Source: an uncultured Acidimicrobiales bacterium
GTDB taxonomy: Bacteria > Actinomycetota > Acidimicrobiia > Acidimicrobiales > SHLQ01
Direction: 5' to 3'
Assembly: GCA_938038785.1 (NCBI GenBank)
Contig: CALHTB010000009.1
Span: 51,513-115,512, forward strand
Length of the DNA stretch: 64,000 nucleotides
Numbering within the stretch: the first letter of the stretch is position 1; each line of letters begins with the position of its first letter. The notes beneath the pieces are model-generated. The model made no database searches. It was not told the DNA's origin and was given only the letters and a program-made list of their open reading frames with translations. Of this stretch, positions 61,763 through 64,000 are shown piece after piece. Position numbers and translations under genes: made by a program.

Positions 61763-62737
61763 ATGACCGACCTGGAAGTCTCCGCACCACTTCGTCAGCA
61801 CGGGGTTGTGTCGCTGTCGAACCTGCTTCAGCCCGATCACATGGCACTGCTGAGCGCCCCAACAGACTTGCGGCCTACCGGCTACACGCTCGTCGACTCC
61901 ATTCTCTCTGGCGGACTGGCGCCTGAGGAGCTGATCGTCATCGGGGGCCGCCCGGGCATCGGAAAATCGGTGACCGCAGTTCAATGGGCGCGAAACCTTG
62001 CATCAGCTGGACGAACGGTGGTCCTCGCGTGCTACGAGCACAGCGAGTTGATCGTTATGGCTCAGCTCTTGCTGATCGAGCTTGGCGAACTCGTCGCAAC
62101 CCCGATCGAGAGTGCCAGTTCGAGGGGAATGATCGACCGGCTGATTTCCGGTCAGGCAAGCTGGGAAGAAACCGTCAAGAGCGACACACTCCTGCAAACG
62201 GCAGCAGATCGCCTGGTACGAATGTCTGATCGAATCGTCGTGCTCGATACCCGCGGCCGACGCGGTGGATTTGCCTTCCTTCGAACTGCCGTAGAGAGCA
62301 TCGGCGCTGACGTACTGGTTGTGGACCACCTTGGAAAGGTGGATGGCCTGCCCGGCGATGCGGCCATTGCCTGTAAGGAGCTCGCGGTTGAAACAGGCGC
62401 AACCGTCATTGCGACCGCGATGACGTCCGATAGCGGCATCGCCTCCAAGCGACTTCGCGGAGCGGGCTTGGCCGATGCAGCTCGCATTGCTCACGAGAGT
62501 GATATTGAACTGCTATTGAATGACAAGCTGTCGATCGTCTCTCGAAATCACTCGGCGTTCGACTCGGTGCGTGCGGAGAGCTTCCACTCAAAGGTGATCT
62601 TTTCGATCGAGAAAAACCGACGAGGCGTAGCTGGGTTGGACTTCGAGTTCACTCGTGACTTTGCACACCGCCGCTTTGATGTGGACGGCGGTTATGTTCC
62701 TGAACGTCTAATTGATGACGTGTTGGTCCGCGAGTGA
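61763..62737 (+). CDS. stand-alone DnaB-C-terminal-like / RecA-superfamily ATPase
   Basis: 324 aa. TGYTLVDSILSGGLAPEELIVIGGRPGIGKS (Walker A), CYEHS (equivalent to DnaB SLEMS), Walker B VLVVDHLG, IEKNRRG (equivalent to DnaB KNRNG). No DnaB N-terminal domain. The ATG lies 1 nt after the tadC stop. Confidence 0.75.
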   Translation: MTDLEVSAPLRQHGVVSLSNLLQPDHMALLSAPTDLRPTGYTLVDSILSGGLAPEELIVIGGRPGIGKSVTAVQWARNLASAGRTVVLACYEHSELIVMAQLLLIELGELVATPIESASSRGMIDRLISGQASWEETVKSDTLLQTAADRLVRMSDRIVVLDTRGRRGGFAFLRTAVESIGADVLVVDHLGKVDGLPGDAAIACKELAVETGATVIATAMTSDSGIASKRLRGAGLADAARIAHESDIELLLNDKLSIVSRNHSAFDSVRAESFHSKVIFSIEKNRRGVAGLDFEFTRDFAHRRFDVDGGYVPERLIDDVLVRE

Positions 62738-63189
62738 TCGCCGCTCTGTCGATCCTCCGCCTGCTGGTCTTCGCCGCGTCGTTGGCTTCGCTGGCATCGG
62801 TTCGCGAAGACCGCAAGATGCCCGAACGCCCGCATACTTTGCTTCTCACCGCGCTGTGCGTCGTCCTCGTAGTCACACTCTCGCTTATGGTTGACGGGTC
62901 GATAACGACAGGGTTGCTGTCGATGTTCGTGCTCGCTGGCATTCCGTTCTTCGCCCGGGTGTTTCACCCAGGGGGCATCGACCGTCAAGACATCTACATC
63001 TCCGCGTTGGTTGGCTTTGTGCTGGGGACCACCAGCTGGACGATGGCCTGGACGTCGGCGCTTGTCGCTGCCGGCATCTCCGCCGTGTTGTCTATCGGTT
63101 CGCTGCTAAGCGAACGTGACGCCGACAAGCGAGTCCCATTTGGGCTGATACTCGCGGCGGTCGCTGTCGTTGTCCCACTGGCCAGCTAG
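62734..63189 (+). CDS. tadV: TadV/CpaA-like A24 prepilin peptidase (short, non-methylating type)
   Basis: 151 aa polytopic membrane protein. The GTG start overlaps the upstream TGA. Two candidate catalytic Asp contexts (VREDRKMP and PGGIDRQDIY) and a C-terminal PFG motif. The size matches TadV-type peptidases. Confidence 0.6.
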   Translation: MIAALSILRLLVFAASLASLASVREDRKMPERPHTLLLTALCVVLVVTLSLMVDGSITTGLLSMFVLAGIPFFARVFHPGGIDRQDIYISALVGFVLGTTSWTMAWTSALVAAGISAVLSIGSLLSERDADKRVPFGLILAAVAVVVPLAS

Positions 63190-63201
63190 ATCGACGGCAC
63201 C

Positions 63202-64000
63202 CTAGCCAAGTACCGTGCCGGTCGAGTCGGGATTGATCGTGCGGTTACGGCTGAAGTCAGCCATGTTCAACTTGGCACCGGTGTAACGGCCGGTGACGAC
63301 GAGCGGGTCGTTGTCGTGGTCCAGGCCATTGGTGACCGCGTTGATGAGCTCAGCCATTAGGTGTGATCCAACGCACGCGTTCTTGAACTGATTCCCGCTG
63401 GTGCCACGGGCGGCGAAGAAACCATCGAGGTCGGTCCGGTCATAGATCGGACCCCAGTCGGAGCTCACGTCGTAGGCGTCAGCCAAACCCTTCTTCTGAT
63501 GGGGCACGCCAAATGTCGGGATGCGCTTGGCGAGACGCATGGTCTGTATGTTCCACCGCTCCTCGGTGATCTCGCGATTGAGGGTCGAGAGGTCGTCGAC
63601 CCATTCGACGGGGTCGCAGTCCGGGTCGGTCGAGCCGATGAAGATCTGATTACCGGCCTCGGGACGGAAGTACATTCCTTGGTCGAGGTCTGCGACCATC
63701 ATGCCGTCGTTCTCGTAGTCGACACCCTCGGGCGCCGCAGCCACGTGGACCTCGTGGCGCATTGGTTTGGTGGTGATGGCCTCGGTACCGCTCAGACCAG
63801 CCATGCTGTTCAGCGTCGCCGAGAACGGCCCGCCAACATTGACCACGACAGGCGAATGGATCTCGGTTCCATCGTCGAGCTTTACTCCACGAACGGCCGA
63901 TGCGTCGTCGGTGGTGAGGATTTCGTTGACGGTGGTGTTGAACCTGAACTCGCCACCCTTCGCCTTAGCCGCGGTGTGCAGATTGTGGGCGGCCAGCTGC
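63202..64000 (-). CDS. FAD-dependent oxidoreductase (DAO-like), C-terminal part; ORF continues beyond the window end
   Basis: Hand-checked. The frame stays open from 63846 to 64000. The upstream residues read ...QLAAHNLHTAAKAKGGEFRFNTTVNEILTTDDASAVRGVKLDDGTEIHSPVVVNVGGPFS, which is typical of the substrate domain of DAO-family flavoenzymes. Confidence 0.78.
   Translation of the reverse strand, partial: QLAAHNLHTAAKAKGGEFRFNTTVNEILTTDDASAVRGVKLDDGTEIHSPVVVNVGGPFSATLNSMAGLSGTEAITTKPMRHEVHVAAAPEGVDYENDGMMVADLDQGMYFRPEAGNQIFIGSTDPDCDPVEWVDDLSTLNREITEERWNIQTMRLAKRIPTFGVPHQKKGLADAYDVSSDWGPIYDRTDLDGFFAARGTSGNQFKNACVGSHLMAELINAVTNGLDHDNDPLVVTGRYTGAKLNMADFSRNRTINPDSTGTVLG

Noticed and set aside
61763-62737. 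DnaB-like gene as a replicative helicase or prophage/plasmid remnant
   Set aside because: It lacks the DnaB N-terminal domain and is only 324 aa. It is flanked on both sides by overlapping tad genes, and no phage, plasmid or integrase genes are present in the window.

Overview
High-GC, densely coding chromosomal window. The gene content looks Actinomycetota-like, possibly a marine Acidimicrobiia-type organism, but that is inference only. I count about 60 protein genes and 2 tRNAs. I saw no rRNA, CRISPR array, transposase, integrase or prophage genes.

Layout:
(1) 1-16 kb is mostly housekeeping on the minus strand. It holds tRNA-Cys and tRNA-Gly, an Fpg/Nei glycosylase, metX, an orphan N6-adenine methyltransferase, a DEAD-box RNA helicase, an alkyltransferase-like (ATL) protein, a class III cyclase, lgt, an acyl-CoA dehydrogenase, YihY, an L,D-transpeptidase and TerC.
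(2) 16-51 kb is a contiguous osmolyte / methylated-amine island. It starts with a ProU/OpuA-type betaine ABC importer that has two paralogous, abnormally long (about 810 aa) permeases. Next come creatinase and a LysR-controlled soxBDAG sarcosine oxidase, then aquaporin Z, aldehyde dehydrogenases, MFS transporters, an F420/LLM oxidoreductase and two SDRs. It also holds a non-pyrrolysine MttB-family methyltransferase with its own LysR. Divergent from that is an operon encoding a DapA-family enzyme, an ALDH, an FAD oxidase, an enolase-superfamily enzyme, a DMT transporter and AzlCD. This operon resembles hydroxyproline / proline-betaine catabolism.
(3) 51-63 kb carries a histidine kinase and LuxR response regulator, divergent from a complete Flp/Tad pilus locus: flp, tadE, tadG-like, cpaB, tadZ, tadA, a vWA-tadB fusion, tadC, a DnaB-C-like ATPase and tadV.

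Best candidates for something undescribed: the MttB-centred betaine-like catabolic divergon with no corrinoid partner visible; the duplicated ProW permeases with a conserved ~500-aa polytopic C-terminal module; and the Tad locus with a vWA-TadB fusion plus an embedded RecA-superfamily ATPase.

Several small sequence oddities are listed separately. These include a 101-bp tandem duplication carrying a terminator, in-frame 57-bp and 18-bp repeats, a 45-nt perfect hairpin, and a 57-bp-period repeat between the tRNAs.

All calls come from reading the sequence and ORF translations. No database search was run.
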